64,000 nt of DNA from Alphaproteobacteria bacterium (GCA_963665325.3 CAXXWS020000002.1:1248001-1312000), one strand, 5' to 3'. Shown: positions 32,426 to 43,905, counted from the stretch's first letter. The notes: generated from the letters alone by a model not told the origin. Made by a program: numbers and translations.

Positions 32426-32565
32426 AGCGAAGTCCTCTCGGATTGCGCCCGGTCTTGGACCGCACCGGAAGTCGTCACCCCGGCCCCCGAGCCGGGGTCC
32501 ATCTCCCGGCCTGCGGGCCGGATGGCCGTGGCGGAGCTGGGCCCCGGCTCGGGGGCCGGGGCGAC
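32423..32565 (+). repeat. Diverged, truncated copy of the REP-containing MITE (family 1)
   Basis: TAGAGC end, 51-nt arm of the same length as in the other copies, then GTCACCCCGGCCCCCGAGCCGGGGTCCA and inverted GGGCCCCGGCTCGGGGGCCGGGGCGAC. Confidence 0.75.
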
Positions 32566-32572
32566 ATTCTCG

Positions 32573-33697
32573 ATGACCGACCGGGCTTTGCTGCCGGCGG
32601 GACTGCGCGATGTCCTGCCCCCTGACGCCGCGTTCGAGGCGGCTGCCGAAGCGCGGCTGCTGGAGCTGTTCGCGCTGAACGGCTATGAGCGGGTGGATCC
32701 GCCGCTTGCCGAATTCGAGACGAGTTTTCTCGCGGACGAGGGCGCCGCGATCGCGGCCGATACCTTCCGCATCATGGACCCGGTTTCGCAGCACATGCTG
32801 GCGCTGCGTTCCGACATGACCCTCCAGGTGGCCCGGATCGCACGTACCCGGCTCGCCGGCGAGCCCCGCCCGCTGCGGCTTGCCTATGCGGGACAGGTGT
32901 TGCGGGTCGGCGTCTCCCAGCTTCACGCCGAACGCCAGGTGGCCCAGGCCGGGGTGGAGCTGATCGGCGCGGAAAGCGTGTCGGCCGACGCCGAGGTCGC
33001 ACGGCTTGCCTTCGAGGCTCTGGAAGCGCTGGGCGTGCCGGAGGTGAGCATTGACCTCGGCGCGCCGGCGTTGGTGCGGGCGCTCCTCGGCGACGCAGGG
33101 CTAGAAGACGATACGGCGCTCGGCGACGCGCTGGGCCGCAAGGATGCCGCGGCAGTCGCTGCGCTGGCCGGTCCGCCTTTCCCGGCCCTGATGGCCGCGA
33201 CCGGCCCCTGCGAGGTGGCGGCGCCGGCGCTGGCGTCGCTCGACCTGCCGGCGGAAGCGGGCGCATTGCGGGACCACCTGCTTGAAGTCGCGACAGCGGT
33301 GGCGGCGGCGGCCCCGGGTCTCCGGATCACCATCGATCCGGTGGAGCACCGGGGGTTTCAATATTATTCGGGCGCGGCTTTCAGTCTGTTTGCGAGCGGC
33401 GGCCGCGGCGAAGTCGGACGGGGTGGCCGCTACCGCGCCGAGGGCGAGGCGGGCACGGGGGTCACCCTCTATCTCGACGCCATCCATCGCATGTTGACGC
33501 CGCCTGCGCCGCGTTCCCGCCTCTTTCTGCCCTATGGCACGGACGGTGCGGAACGCCGGCGCTGGCAGGCCGACGGCTGGATTACGGTGCAGGCGCTCGC
33601 GCCGGCAGACGATGAGGAAGCCGAAGCGCGCCGCCTCGGTTGCGCCTACCTGCTGGGCGCCGGCGGCCTCGAACCCCTGGACGGAGACCCGCAATGA
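32573..33697 (+). CDS. hisZ: ATP phosphoribosyltransferase regulatory subunit
   Basis: [46 protein letters not shown]. Directly upstream of purA. Confidence 0.92.
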   Translation: MTDRALLPAGLRDVLPPDAAFEAAAEARLLELFALNGYERVDPPLAEFETSFLADEGAAIAADTFRIMDPVSQHMLALRSDMTLQVARIARTRLAGEPRPLRLAYAGQVLRVGVSQLHAERQVAQAGVELIGAESVSADAEVARLAFEALEALGVPEVSIDLGAPALVRALLGDAGLEDDTALGDALGRKDAAAVAALAGPPFPALMAATGPCEVAAPALASLDLPAEAGALRDHLLEVATAVAAAAPGLRITIDPVEHRGFQYYSGAAFSLFASGGRGEVGRGGRYRAEGEAGTGVTLYLDAIHRMLTPPAPRSRLFLPYGTDGAERRRWQADGWITVQALAPADDEEAEARRLGCAYLLGAGGLEPLDGDPQ

Positions 33698-34983
33698 CCA
33701 ATGTGGCTGTCATCGGCGCGCAATGGGGCGACGAAGGCAAGGGGAAGGTCGTGGACTGGCTCGCCGAGCGGGCCGATGTCGTGGTGCGCTTCCAGGGCGG
33801 ACACAATGCCGGCCACACCCTGCAGGTCGCCAACGAGACCTACAAGCTGTCTCTGCTGCCGTCCGGCGTGGTGCGGGGCACGCTTTCGATTATCGGCAAT
33901 GGCGTGGTCGTGGACCCGTGGGCGCTGATGGAGGAGATCGAGCGCCTGCGCGGGCAGGGCGTTCCGGTTTCGCCCGAAATGCTCCGCCTGGCGGAAAACG
34001 CAATCCTGATCCTCCCCTTCTATGGCCGGGTGGACCAACTCCGGGAGCAGCGGCGGGGGAAAGGCGCCATAGGCACGACCGGGCGCGGCATCGGCGTCGC
34101 CTATGAAGACAAGGCCGGGCGACGCGCGATCCGCGTCGCCGACTTGTATGACGATGCGACGCTCCGGGAAAAGGTCGGCCATCTGCTCGAGCACCACAAT
34201 GCCTTGCTGCGGGGCTGGGGCGCAGACGAAATTGCGCCGGAAGAGCTCATTGCCGGTCTGGAACAGGTTCGCGAACCGCTTGCTCCCTATGTCGATTGCG
34301 TGTGGGAGCGGCTGGATGCGCTGCGGCGATCCGGCAGCCGGATCCTGTTCGAAGGGGCGCAAGGTATCCTCCTCGACGTCGACCACGGCACTTATCCGTT
34401 CGTCACGTCCTCGAACACGGTCGCGGCTGCCGCCGCGGTCGGCAGCGGCGTGGGGCCGGGTGCTGTCGGCTATGTGCTCGGTATCGCCAAGGCCTATACG
34501 ACGCGCGTCGGCGGAGGCCCGTTCCCCACCGAATTGCATGATGAGGTGGGGGCGCGCCTGGCGGAGCGAGGCAGGGAGTTCGGCACTGTCACCGGCCGGC
34601 CGCGGCGGTGCGGCTGGTTCGACGCTGCGGCTGTGCGCCAGGCGGTTAGCCTGTCGGGCATGGCCGGTATCGCGCTCACCAAGCTCGATGTGCTGGACGG
34701 AATCGAGAGCCTTGAAGTCTGCACCGGATACCGTATCGGCGACCGCATGCTCACCCGCCTGCCTGCCAGCCAGGCAGACCAGGCGGCGGTCGAACCGGTT
34801 TACGAGCGGCTGGAAGGCTGGTCGGAAAGTACCGCAGGCGCTACGGGCTGGGCCCAATTGCCGGCTACGGCGGTCAAATATGTCCGGCGCGTGGAGGAAT
34901 TGATCGGCTGTCCGGTCGCGCTGCTGTCCACGGGGCCGGACCGCGAGGCGACGATAGCGATGTACGATCCGTTTGCCGACTAG
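33694..34983 (+). CDS. purA: Adenylosuccinate synthetase
   Basis: [47 protein letters not shown]. Confidence 0.98.
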   Translation: MTNVAVIGAQWGDEGKGKVVDWLAERADVVVRFQGGHNAGHTLQVANETYKLSLLPSGVVRGTLSIIGNGVVVDPWALMEEIERLRGQGVPVSPEMLRLAENAILILPFYGRVDQLREQRRGKGAIGTTGRGIGVAYEDKAGRRAIRVADLYDDATLREKVGHLLEHHNALLRGWGADEIAPEELIAGLEQVREPLAPYVDCVWERLDALRRSGSRILFEGAQGILLDVDHGTYPFVTSSNTVAAAAAVGSGVGPGAVGYVLGIAKAYTTRVGGGPFPTELHDEVGARLAERGREFGTVTGRPRRCGWFDAAAVRQAVSLSGMAGIALTKLDVLDGIESLEVCTGYRIGDRMLTRLPASQADQAAVEPVYERLEGWSESTAGATGWAQLPATAVKYVRRVEELIGCPVALLSTGPDREATIAMYDPFAD

Positions 34984-35247
34984 CCCGCATTTCTCACCAG
35001 GGTCACAGTCTGCGTCGCGTCCAGGCGTTCGATCCGCAAGGAGCGGGCCGAAAAGCGTAGCATAGCCTAAGGTTGAAGCCCGCGACGACGCGGGGGGGCG
35101 TCTGGACGCGACCCGAAGGGCGGCGCTGTCGGGCCGACAGGCTGCGTCGATCCGCTTGCCCGATGCCCCGCATCGCGCTGCGCGTCTCTCCTACCCTGAC
35201 GGCCCGACAGCGCCGCGCAGACCATGACCCTAGTGAGAAATGCGGGC
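34983..35247. mobile_element. 265-bp MITE (family 2) with 32-bp TIRs and TA duplication
   Basis: GCCCGCATTTCTCACCAGGGTCACAGTCTGCG (34983-35014) is inverted at 35216-35247 with 3 mismatches. TA on both sides, two long internal hairpins, no transposase. Confidence 0.85.
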
Positions 35248-35546
35248 TAAGCGGCCGCTTCGCGCTTGGCCTTCGCTTTCTCGATGCGGCGCTTGATACG
35301 CCGCGCTTCGACGGTCAGCTTCGAGTCGGACCGGCCGAGCAGGAAGGCGTCGAGGCCTCCATTGTGTTCTACCGTGCGCAACCCGTGACCCGAGACGCGC
35401 AGCCTCACCGATTCACCGAGCGTTTCGCTCAGCATGGTCCTGGACTGCACGTTCGGCAGGAAGCGCCGGCGCGTCTTGTTGTTGGCGTGACTGACATTGT
35501 TGCCGGTCATCACCCCCTTGCCGGTGATCGCGCAGCGCCGCGACAT
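35247..35546 (-). CDS. rpmB: 50S ribosomal protein L28
   Basis: [32 protein letters not shown]. Confidence 0.98.
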   Translation of the reverse strand: MSRRCAITGKGVMTGNNVSHANNKTRRRFLPNVQSRTMLSETLGESVRLRVSGHGLRTVEHNGGLDAFLLGRSDSKLTVEARRIKRRIEKAKAKREAAA

Positions 35547-35591
35547 CGCATTTCACTCCTTGCCGGAACCCGTCTCGCTCAGAACGCGGCT

Positions 35592-35620
35592 GTATAGGGA
35601 CGCCGCCGAAACGGGTCAAG
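35592..35620 (-). promoter_or_regulatory. Sigma70 promoter of rpmB
   Basis: CTTGAC-N17-CTATAC, matching the alphaproteobacterial consensus, ~45 nt upstream of the ATG. Confidence 0.75.
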
Positions 35621-35630
35621 CGCCCGCGCG

Positions 35631-36449
35631 TCAGCCGCCCAGTTCCCGGGAGCGGTTGGCGGCAGCGGCAACCGTTCGCCGCATCAGAACCGCCAGGCCG
35701 TCATCCGCCATGAGCACGTCCAGGGCGGCAGCCGTCGTCCCGCCGGGACTCGTGACATTGCGCCTCAGCGTGTCCGCATCCTCCGGCGACCGGTTCAGCA
35801 ATTCCCCGGCGCCGGAAACGGTTGCGCGGGCCAGGCGCATCGCCATGTCCGGCGGCAGCCCTTCGCGCTGACCTGCCGCGGCCAGCGCCTCGACCAGATA
35901 GAACACGTAGGCGGGACCGCTGCCGGAGACGGCCGTCACCGCGTCCATGGCCGTCTCGTCTCCCAGCCAGACGACCTCGCCGACGGCCTCGCAGATCGTC
36001 TGGCAAAGCGCCATCTGTGCGGGATCGACACGCCGGTTGGCCGTGAGCGCGGTAATACCGCGGCCGACTGCCGCCGGCGTGTTAGGCATGGCGCGGACTA
36101 TGGCTGCGTCCCGGCCCAGAATATTCTGGAAGAACGCGATCGGGGTCCCGGCGGCTATGGAGAGGAACACCGGTGCCGCATGCCCCGTATATCGGCGGTA
36201 GACCGGAACGACATCGTCCATGACCTGAGGCTTGACCGCGAAGATTACCGCGTCCGGGCGTACACGGTCGGTGACATTTTCAAGCGCCTCCGTGATATGG
36301 ACTCCGGGCTTGCCTTGGAATTCGCGCGTCGCCTTGTCTTCCGGCTCGACGACCACGATCTGGTCGGCGAAACGCTGTTCCAGCCAGCCCGTCAACATTG
36401 CGCCGCCCATCTTGCCGCAGCCGACAAGGATCAGGTTGGGAGTACTCAT
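35631..36449 (-). CDS. proC: Pyrroline-5-carboxylate reductase
   Basis: GCGKMGG, AVKPQ, RAMPNTP, TAVSGSGPAY, VTSPGGTT. Confidence 0.96.
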   Translation of the reverse strand: MSTPNLILVGCGKMGGAMLTGWLEQRFADQIVVVEPEDKATREFQGKPGVHITEALENVTDRVRPDAVIFAVKPQVMDDVVPVYRRYTGHAAPVFLSIAAGTPIAFFQNILGRDAAIVRAMPNTPAAVGRGITALTANRRVDPAQMALCQTICEAVGEVVWLGDETAMDAVTAVSGSGPAYVFYLVEALAAAGQREGLPPDMAMRLARATVSGAGELLNRSPEDADTLRRNVTSPGGTTAAALDVLMADDGLAVLMRRTVAAAANRSRELGG

Positions 36450-36940
36450 GCCTCGCCTATCGGATGGATCATGGCGGCGGCCACTGCCTTGGCCGGCGGC
36501 TTGCCGCCCCATAGTGCATGTTGGAACGCGGGGTAGAATTGGTCCAGCCCGTTGGTGGCGGCCAGCAACACGTCCTCGAACAATTCCCTGGTGGCCGAAA
36601 CGCCGCGCAGGGGGACCGCATGGCGGAAACAAAGCGCTCCTGCATCCCGGTCGAAGCAGAAATGTCCCATCGCCAGGATGTCGTTGGCATAGGCCAGCAT
36701 CTCCAGCAGCGGGTTCTTCCCTTCCAGGGGCACTGGCAGCCGGCACGCCGCGGCGACCTGCACGACAGCTGGGCGGGCGTGCCAGGCGGCGCACAACGAC
36801 GTCTCGCCCCAGCTTCCCTGAAGCTCGGCGGTAATCGTCCGGGAGTCATCGCGGCTGTAGGCCCAGTCTTGCGCCCGGGCGATGTCTTCGACCAGGTCGA
36901 TCGGGTTCGCAGCCCCGTCATGAGTCCGTCGTACAAGCAT
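36446..36940 (-). CDS. YbjN domain-containing protein
   Basis: NPIDLVE...LAMGHF...FRH...FYPAFQ. Usual alphaproteobacterial neighbour of proC. Confidence 0.8.
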   Translation of the reverse strand: MLVRRTHDGAANPIDLVEDIARAQDWAYSRDDSRTITAELQGSWGETSLCAAWHARPAVVQVAAACRLPVPLEGKNPLLEMLAYANDILAMGHFCFDRDAGALCFRHAVPLRGVSATRELFEDVLLAATNGLDQFYPAFQHALWGGKPPAKAVAAAMIHPIGEA

Positions 36941-37115
36941 GGGTTCTTCAATACATCACAACATGTCGTATTGCCATCGGCTAGATACCGCAATTTGTGG
37001 AAAAATTTGGCGTCTGCGATTTCCCGGGGAGCAGATTTGGCAGGAGGTTCCGCGGCGTTGTCATGCCCGCGAGACGGGCTATATTCGCCGAATACGGGGA
37101 AGCAGGCGCGTGTCG

Positions 37116-37769
37116 ATGAGCGAATATGCCGTCCAAAGGGCGAATATGGTGGAATGCCAGTTGCGTGCCGGCCGCGTCTCGAATTCGGCCTTGCTCGATG
37201 CGATGGGCGGTATTGCGCGCGAGGACTTCGCCCCGATAGCGTTGAAGCCCGTCGCGTATGTCGATGAAGACCTGCTGTTCGAAGGCCGCGTTATGGTCGA
37301 GCCGATGGTATTCGCGCGCCTGTTGCAATCCGCCGAGCCCGGCCCGGATGACTATGTCCTCGACGTCGGTCCGGGCCTTGGTTACTCGAGCGCTGTCCTG
37401 GGCCGGGTTGCGAGCGCCGTTGTGGCTCTGGAGAGTGACGGGGACCTGGCGGAACGTGCGCGGAAGGCGTTGGCGGCGGCCGACAGCGATAATGTCGTGG
37501 TGGTCGAAGGACCGCTGGAAGCCGGCTATGCGGAGGAAGCGCCGTTTAATCTCATCGTCATCGAGGGCGCCGTCGCGGCAGTTCCGCCGGCGCTTGTCGA
37601 CCAGCTGGCGGAAGGCGGACGGCTGGCGGCGGTCGTGCGGTCGGGCAGCGGCCTCGGGCATGCTACGATCTTTTCGAAGCGGGGCGGCGTGGTTTCCTCC
37701 CGCACCGTCTTCGATGCCGGCACCCCCTATGTTGCGGGCTTCGAGCCCAGGCAGGAGTTCGTGTTTTGA
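37116..37769 (+). CDS. pcm: Protein-L-isoaspartate O-methyltransferase family protein
   Basis: RANMVECQLR, AYVDED, VLDVGPGLGYSSA, QLAEGGRL, C-terminal FVF. Confidence 0.9.
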   Translation: MSEYAVQRANMVECQLRAGRVSNSALLDAMGGIAREDFAPIALKPVAYVDEDLLFEGRVMVEPMVFARLLQSAEPGPDDYVLDVGPGLGYSSAVLGRVASAVVALESDGDLAERARKALAAADSDNVVVVEGPLEAGYAEEAPFNLIVIEGAVAAVPPALVDQLAEGGRLAAVVRSGSGLGHATIFSKRGGVVSSRTVFDAGTPYVAGFEPRQEFVF

Positions 37770-39172
37770 AGGTTCGACGGTTCCGGCGTGCGTGTCTTCC
37801 GGCCGTGGCGGCGCTTGCGCTCGTTCTGCCTGCGGCTGCCTCGGGCGGTACGTTGCTGGAGGCGATGGCGAAGGCCTATGTCGCGAACCCGCAGCTGGAA
37901 GCCGAGCGTGCGCGCCTGCGCGCCACCGACGAAGGCGTACCCCAGGCGCTTTCCGGCTGGCGGCCGACCGTAACGGCCAGAGGCAGCGTCGGCTACGGGA
38001 GATACAACAGCAAGAGGCGTCAACCCGTAACGGGCTTTGACGAAAGCACCGAATCGCGGAATCCGTCGAGCATCCGTCTCGAAGCGACGCAGCCGCTCTA
38101 TGAAGGGGACCGGAGGACGGCGAGATTGCGGGCGGCCAAGCACCGCGTTTCGGCCCAGCGGGCGCGGCTTCTTGCGGTCGAGCAGACCGTTTTCCTCAAT
38201 ACGGGCTTGGCTTTTATGGACGTGGTCCACGATCAGGCCGTGGTCGAGCTGACCGTCAACAATGTCAGTGTGCTGCAACGGCGCCTCCAGGCGGCGCGGG
38301 ACCAGTTCGAGGTCGGCGAGGTTACGCGCACCGACGTGGCGCAGGCGGAGGCGCGCCTCGCGCGAGCCATCGCCGAGCGCGTGTCCGCCGAAGGCCGGCT
38401 GGAAACCTCGCGCGCCAACTATCAGCGTGTCGTCGGCGAGCTTCCGGCCCGGCTCGACGCGCCGCCGCCGCTCGCCGCCCTGCCGCAGACGAAGGAAGAG
38501 GCGGTCGAGGCCGCATCGCGGGATAATCCGGAGGTGGCGGCGGCCTCTTTCGACGAGCGCGCGGCGCTGGACGACGCAGAGGCGATCCGGAGCGAATTGC
38601 TGCCGAGGGTGAACCTGGTCGGGACCGTCTCGCATGCAGCCGATGCCAGCGGGCGCGGCACCCGGAACAACGATGTGACGGTCGCGGCCACGGTTTCGGT
38701 GCCGCTCTACGAAGCCGGCAACATTACCTCCCGCCGGCGCGCGGCCATCGAAACCGCTTCGCGCATGCGCGCCGTGACCGAAGACCGCCGTCGCGTCGCA
38801 ATCGAACAGGCGGTTCGAGCATGGGAGAGCCTTACATCCGCGCAGGCCCGACTGGAGTCGCTGATCACGGAGGTAAGGGCGTCCGAGATTGCGCTAGACG
38901 GCCTGCAACAGGAAGCCGAGGTCGGCACCCGGACGCTGCTCGACGTCCTGGACGCGGAACAGGACCTGCTCGATGCCCGCGTCAATGTCGTGCGTACGAA
39001 ACAGGCGGAAGCCGTCGCCAGCTACCAGCTGGCTGCGGCGGCGGGGCGCCTGACGGTGGAAATCCAGCAGGTGCCGGTGGCGCCATACGATTTCCAGGCG
39101 AACTATGACCGCGTTCGGACCCTTCGGTGGGACCCGGGCGCGATATTCGGCGGAGGTCGGAAAAATGAGTGA
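37766..39172 (+). CDS. tolC: TolC family outer membrane protein
   Basis: Signal peptide, RFEVGEVTRTDVAQAEAR-like motif, EAEVGTRTLLDVLDAEQ. TTG start uncertain. Confidence 0.92.
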   Translation: MKVRRFRRACLPAVAALALVLPAAASGGTLLEAMAKAYVANPQLEAERARLRATDEGVPQALSGWRPTVTARGSVGYGRYNSKRRQPVTGFDESTESRNPSSIRLEATQPLYEGDRRTARLRAAKHRVSAQRARLLAVEQTVFLNTGLAFMDVVHDQAVVELTVNNVSVLQRRLQAARDQFEVGEVTRTDVAQAEARLARAIAERVSAEGRLETSRANYQRVVGELPARLDAPPPLAALPQTKEEAVEAASRDNPEVAAASFDERAALDDAEAIRSELLPRVNLVGTVSHAADASGRGTRNNDVTVAATVSVPLYEAGNITSRRRAAIETASRMRAVTEDRRRVAIEQAVRAWESLTSAQARLESLITEVRASEIALDGLQQEAEVGTRTLLDVLDAEQDLLDARVNVVRTKQAEAVASYQLAAAAGRLTVEIQQVPVAPYDFQANYDRVRTLRWDPGAIFGGGRKNE

Positions 39173-39614
39173 GCCTGCAGGCGGCGCCGGACGCGGCGAG
39201 GACGAGCGGACCATGGAGGAGATCATGGCAACCATTGGCAAAGCCGTCTCGGACGAAAGCGGAGTCGAAAAGCCTGCGGAGCTGGAGGCGGACGCTGAAG
39301 ACGACATTCTCGAACTCGTGGACGAAGTGCCGCCGGAAGAGGATGCCGACGCAGGCGCCGGGGAGGAGTTGATCTCCACGTCCGTTGCGGCCGCTTCGGC
39401 GGAGGCGTTTGCAGGCCTGGCCAAGGCGGTCGAGCAGGGTGAGTCCGATGCGCGGCGGCTGCCGGTGCGCGAGGGCGGCGAGACCATAGAAGACATGGTC
39501 CGCGCCATGCTGAAGCCGATGCTCAACGAATGGCTCGACACGCACTTGCCCGGCATCGTTGAGCGTCTGGTCGAAGAAGAGATTCAGCGCCTGTCGCGGT
39601 CCGGCCGGCGCTGA
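39165..39614 (+). CDS. popZ: Polar organizing protein PopZ (DUF2497)
   Basis: [10 protein letters not shown]-terminal helix, acidic linker, [37 protein letters not shown]. Between tolC and valS. Confidence 0.9.
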   Translation: MSEPAGGAGRGEDERTMEEIMATIGKAVSDESGVEKPAELEADAEDDILELVDEVPPEEDADAGAGEELISTSVAAASAEAFAGLAKAVEQGESDARRLPVREGGETIEDMVRAMLKPMLNEWLDTHLPGIVERLVEEEIQRLSRSGRR

Positions 39615-39649
39615 CAGCGCTTTTCCCCGTCCGACAAAACGGATTCCCC

Positions 39650-42271
39650 ATGCTGGAGAAGACCTACCGTTCCGACGCGGTGGAAGCGCCGCGCTATGAC
39701 GCCTGGGAGCGCGCCGGCGCCTTTGCCGCGGGCGTGAAGACACGCGCCGAGCCCTACACGATCATGATGCCGCCGCCGAATGTGACCGGCAGCCTGCATA
39801 TGGGCCACGGCCTGACCTTCACGCTCCAGGACATCCTGATCCGCTATCACCGCATGAGGGGCCGGGACGCGCTCTGGCAGCCCGGCACGGACCATGCCGG
39901 GATCGCGACGCAGATGGTGGTGGAGCGCCAGCTCGACGGGGAAGGGCTCAGGCGGACCGATCTCGGACGGGAGAAGTTCGTGGACCGGGTGTGGGAGTGG
40001 AAGGCGGAGTCGGGCGGGCAGATTACCCGCCAGCTGCGCTCGCTCGGCGCGTCCGCCGACTGGGCGCGCGAGCGTTTCACGATGGACGAGGGCCTGTCGA
40101 AAGCGGTCGCAAGGGTCTTCGTGCAGCTCTACCGGGAGGGCCTGATCTACAAGGACCAGCGGCTGGTGAACTGGGACCCGGCGCTGGAGACCGCGATTTC
40201 CGACCTTGAGGTGCAGCCGACCGAGACCGACGGCCACCTCTGGTACATCCGCTATCCCGTCGAAGGCAGGGACGGCGAGAGCCTTGTCGTCGCCACGACG
40301 CGGCCGGAGACGATGCTGGGCGACACGGGCGTGGCCGTCCATCCGGACGACCCGCGCTACCGGCACCTGGTCGGCGGCCACTGCATCCTGCCACTGGTGG
40401 GCCGCCGGATTCCCATCGTGGCCGACGCCCATGCCGACCCGGAACAGGGCTCGGGCGCGGTCAAGATCACGCCGGCGCACGACTTCAACGACTTCGAGGT
40501 CGGGCGGCGGCACGCGCTGGAGACCGTCAACATCCTCGACCGGACGGCGCACCTGATCGACTCCGTGCCGGAGGCCTATCGCGGCCTGGAGCGCTTCGCC
40601 GCACGGGAGCGCGTGGTCGCCGATCTTGAGGCGGCGGGGGTGCTGGAGCGCGTGGAGCGCCACCGCCACACGGTTCCCTATGGCGATCGCGGCGGCGTGC
40701 CGATCGAGCCCTATCTGACGGAACAGTGGTACGCCGATGCCGAGACGCTGGCGAAACCGGCGATCGAGGCGGTCGAGACCGGACGCACGCGCTTCGTGCC
40801 GGAGAACTGGGCCAAGACCTATTTCGAGTGGATGCGCAACATCCAGCCCTGGTGCATCTCGCGGCAGCTCTGGTGGGGGCACCGGATTCCGGCCTGGTAC
40901 GGTCCGGAAGGTTCGGTGTTCGTCGCCGAGACTGAAGCGGAGGCGAGGGCGGAGGCCGAGGCGCGCTTCGGGTCGGGCGTGGAATTGCAACGCGACCCGG
41001 ATGTGCTCGACACCTGGTTCTCATCCGCGCTCTGGCCGTTCTCGACGCTGGGTTGGCCCGAACCCGTGCCGGAGCTCGACCGCTACTATCCGGGCGACGT
41101 GCTGGTGACGGGCTTCGACATCATCTTCTTCTGGGTCGCCCGGATGATGATGATGGGCCTGCATTTCATGGGCGATGTGCCGTTCCGCACCGTCTATATC
41201 CATGCGCTCGTGCGCGACCAGCAGGGCGCCAAGATGTCCAAGTCGAAGGGCAATATCATCGACCCTCTGGACATGTGCGCGAGCTACGGGGCCGATGCGC
41301 TGCGGTTCACGCTGGCCGCGCTCGCTGCGCCGGGCCGCGACATAAAGCTCTCCGAAAGCCGCGTCGCGGGCTACCGCAATTTCACCACCAAGCTCTGGAA
41401 CGCCGCGCGCTTCTGCGAGATGAACGGCTGCGCGCCCCGGCCAGGCTTCGATCCCATGGCGGTTGAGGAAACCCTGAACCGCTGGATCGTCGCCCGCACC
41501 GTCGAGACGCGCCGGCAGGTGGAGTCGGCGATGGACGCTTACCGCTTCAACGAGGTGGCGGATGTCCTCTACCGCTTCGTCTGGGGTGAGTTCTGCGACT
41601 GGTTCATCGAGTTCGCCAAGCCGGTATTTGCAGAAGGCGGCAAGGCTGCGGAAGAAACGCGGGCCGCCGCTGCATGGGTGCTGGACCGCATATTGCGGAT
41701 GCTGCACCCGCTGACGCCGTTCGTGACCGAGGAGTTGAACGAGGCGCTCGGGCTGGTCGAGGGCGGGCTGATCGGCGCGGCTTGGCCCGACGACGAGGCC
41801 GGGGAGGCGCCAGCCGAGATCGACTGGGCCATATTGCTGATTTCCGAGGTTCGCCGGGTTCGGTCCGAACTCAATGTCCCGGCGGGCGCGAAGATCGATG
41901 CCGTGCTTGTCGGCGCTGATGGCGAAGTTGCCGCCCGCGCAACACGCAACGAACCGCAGATCCTGCGCCTGGCGCGGCTGGAAAGCCTGAGTGCGGGAAC
42001 GGCGCCGGCGGGTTCGGTCGAGGTGGCGCTGCCCGGCGCATCTGTTGCGCTCAAGCTTGCCGAGGTGATCGATTTCGGCAAGGAGCGCGAGCGCCTGGAC
42101 CGGGAAATGGCGCAGTTGGATTCCAGAATCTCCGGCATCGACAAGAAGCTCTCCAATGAGCGCTTCCTGACCCGCGCCCCGGCGGAGGTGGTCGAGGACC
42201 AGAGGGAGCAGCGCGACGAACTCGCCGGCCGGCGCACAGCTCTGGAAGGGGCACTCGCCCGGCTCGGCTGA
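39650..42271 (+). CDS. valS: Valine--tRNA ligase
   Basis: [41 protein letters not shown]-terminal coiled coil. Confidence 0.98.
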   Translation: MLEKTYRSDAVEAPRYDAWERAGAFAAGVKTRAEPYTIMMPPPNVTGSLHMGHGLTFTLQDILIRYHRMRGRDALWQPGTDHAGIATQMVVERQLDGEGLRRTDLGREKFVDRVWEWKAESGGQITRQLRSLGASADWARERFTMDEGLSKAVARVFVQLYREGLIYKDQRLVNWDPALETAISDLEVQPTETDGHLWYIRYPVEGRDGESLVVATTRPETMLGDTGVAVHPDDPRYRHLVGGHCILPLVGRRIPIVADAHADPEQGSGAVKITPAHDFNDFEVGRRHALETVNILDRTAHLIDSVPEAYRGLERFAARERVVADLEAAGVLERVERHRHTVPYGDRGGVPIEPYLTEQWYADAETLAKPAIEAVETGRTRFVPENWAKTYFEWMRNIQPWCISRQLWWGHRIPAWYGPEGSVFVAETEAEARAEAEARFGSGVELQRDPDVLDTWFSSALWPFSTLGWPEPVPELDRYYPGDVLVTGFDIIFFWVARMMMMGLHFMGDVPFRTVYIHALVRDQQGAKMSKSKGNIIDPLDMCASYGADALRFTLAALAAPGRDIKLSESRVAGYRNFTTKLWNAARFCEMNGCAPRPGFDPMAVEETLNRWIVARTVETRRQVESAMDAYRFNEVADVLYRFVWGEFCDWFIEFAKPVFAEGGKAAEETRAAAAWVLDRILRMLHPLTPFVTEELNEALGLVEGGLIGAAWPDDEAGEAPAEIDWAILLISEVRRVRSELNVPAGAKIDAVLVGADGEVAARATRNEPQILRLARLESLSAGTAPAGSVEVALPGASVALKLAEVIDFGKERERLDREMAQLDSRISGIDKKLSNERFLTRAPAEVVEDQREQRDELAGRRTALEGALARLG

Positions 42272-42274
42272 CGC

Positions 42275-43435
42275 CTATCCCTCTTTCCGGAACGGCGCGA
42301 AGTCCGCGAGGAACTCGATTTCCTCGCCGACGGCATCCCGCTCGCGTTCGAGATAGTCGGCGACCGCGCGCCGGAAATTGCGGTCGGCGATCCAGTGCGC
42401 GCTGTAGGTCTCGACGGGGACGTAGCCGCGCTGGATCTTGTGCTGGCCCTGCGCGCCGGCCTCGACCCGGGCCAGGCCCTCGCGGATCGCATAGTCGATG
42501 GCCTGGTAGTAGCAGGCCTCGAAATGCAGGAAGCGGAAGCGCGTGTCGCAGCCCCAATTGCGGCCGTAGAGCGTATCGGCGCCCCGCATGTTGAGGGCGC
42601 CGCAAACGATCCGTCCCTCGCGCCGGCCGACGATCAACACCGTCCTGTCGGCCATCGTCTCGTGCAGCCGGAAGAAGAAATCGCGCGTGAGATAGGCGCC
42701 GCCCCATTTCCGGTCCACGGTATTGCGGTAGAAGCGGAAGAACGTGTCCCAGTGGTGTTCTTGGAGATCGTCGCCGGTGAGCGCCTCGAAGGTGAGGCCC
42801 CATTCCTCCAGCTTCCGACGCTCCTTGCGGATGGTCTTGCGCTTGCGCGAGTTCAGCGCGTTCAGGAAGTCGTCGAAGGTCCCGTAGCCGTCATTGTACC
42901 AGTGATATTGCTGGCCGAGGCGCTTCAGGAAGCCGAATTCGCCCAGATAGTCCCATTCTTCCTCCGGCAGGAAGTTCACATGGACCGAGGACACGCCGGC
43001 CCGCCTGCCGACCTCCACCATGGCCGAGGCGAGCGCCGCACGCGCCTGTTCGGCGAAAGTGCCGGGGCGCACCAGAAGGCGTGGACCCGGCACTGGCGAG
43101 AACGGTACGGCGCTCAGCAGCTTCGGGTAGTAGTGGCCGCCGGCGCGCTCATAGGCATGCGCCCAGCCATGGTCGAAGACATATTCCCCGTAGCTGTCGC
43201 CGCGCATGTAGAAGGGAGTGACGCCCGAAACCTGGCCCGCCTCGTCCTCGACGACGAGATGTTGCGGCGCCCAGCCGGTGTCGGACCCGACAGCGCCGCC
43301 GTCTTCGAGCGCCTTCAGGAAGGCATGCGAAACGAACGGATTGCCGTCTCCGGCGCAGGCGTCCCAGTCCTCGGCGGAAACGGCGTCAACGCCCGACGCG
43401 ATACGAACGGAGATCGGTTCCTTGCCGTCGGGCAC
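42275..43435 (-). CDS. GNAT/FemAB-like protein (DUF482)
   Basis: NPFVSHAFL, SYGEYVFDHGWA, YYPKL, LYGRNWG, HFEACYYQ, GAQGQHK. Confidence 0.9.
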   Translation of the reverse strand: MPDGKEPISVRIASGVDAVSAEDWDACAGDGNPFVSHAFLKALEDGGAVGSDTGWAPQHLVVEDEAGQVSGVTPFYMRGDSYGEYVFDHGWAHAYERAGGHYYPKLLSAVPFSPVPGPRLLVRPGTFAEQARAALASAMVEVGRRAGVSSVHVNFLPEEEWDYLGEFGFLKRLGQQYHWYNDGYGTFDDFLNALNSRKRKTIRKERRKLEEWGLTFEALTGDDLQEHHWDTFFRFYRNTVDRKWGGAYLTRDFFFRLHETMADRTVLIVGRREGRIVCGALNMRGADTLYGRNWGCDTRFRFLHFEACYYQAIDYAIREGLARVEAGAQGQHKIQRGYVPVETYSAHWIADRNFRRAVADYLERERDAVGEEIEFLADFAPFRKEG

Positions 43436-43440
43436 GGGCT

Positions 43441-43905
43441 TCAGTCGATCTCGAACACGGCATCGACCTCGACTGCGAAGCCCATCGGCAATGCAGGCGC
43501 GCCGACGGCGAAGCGGGCGTGGCGGCCCTTGTCGCCGAAGATTTCGACGATGAGGTCCGAGGCGCCGTTCACGACCTGGGGATGCTGGACGAAATCCGGC
43601 GTGCCGTTGACGAAGCCGCCGAGCTTGACGACCCGAACCACACGGTCGAGGTCGCCGCCGCAGCCGGCCTTGGCCTGCGCGATGAGGTTGAGCGCGCAGG
43701 CCCTCGCGGCCGCAACGCCTTCCTCGAGGCCGAGATCGTCTCCGAGGCGGCCCTTGTGGACGCCCTGGTTATTGCCCGAAACCTGTCCCGCCACGAAGAG
43801 CAGGTTGCCGCTCCTGACCCAGGGCACGTAGTTGGCGGCGGGCGCGGGCGCCTCGGGCAGTTCTATGCCGAGTTCGGCGAGGCGGGCGTCGATCTTTCCG
43901 GCCAT
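43441..43905 (-). CDS. RidA/YjgF family protein
   Basis: PAPAANYVP, VVKLGGFVN, NGASDL, GRHARFAVG. Confidence 0.92.
   Translation of the reverse strand: MAGKIDARLAELGIELPEAPAPAANYVPWVRSGNLLFVAGQVSGNNQGVHKGRLGDDLGLEEGVAAARACALNLIAQAKAGCGGDLDRVVRVVKLGGFVNGTPDFVQHPQVVNGASDLIVEIFGDKGRHARFAVGAPALPMGFAVEVDAVFEID

Noticed and set aside
35073-35597. 174-aa ORF across the MITE and rpmB
   Set aside because: Translation of the MITE plus the antisense strand of rpmB.
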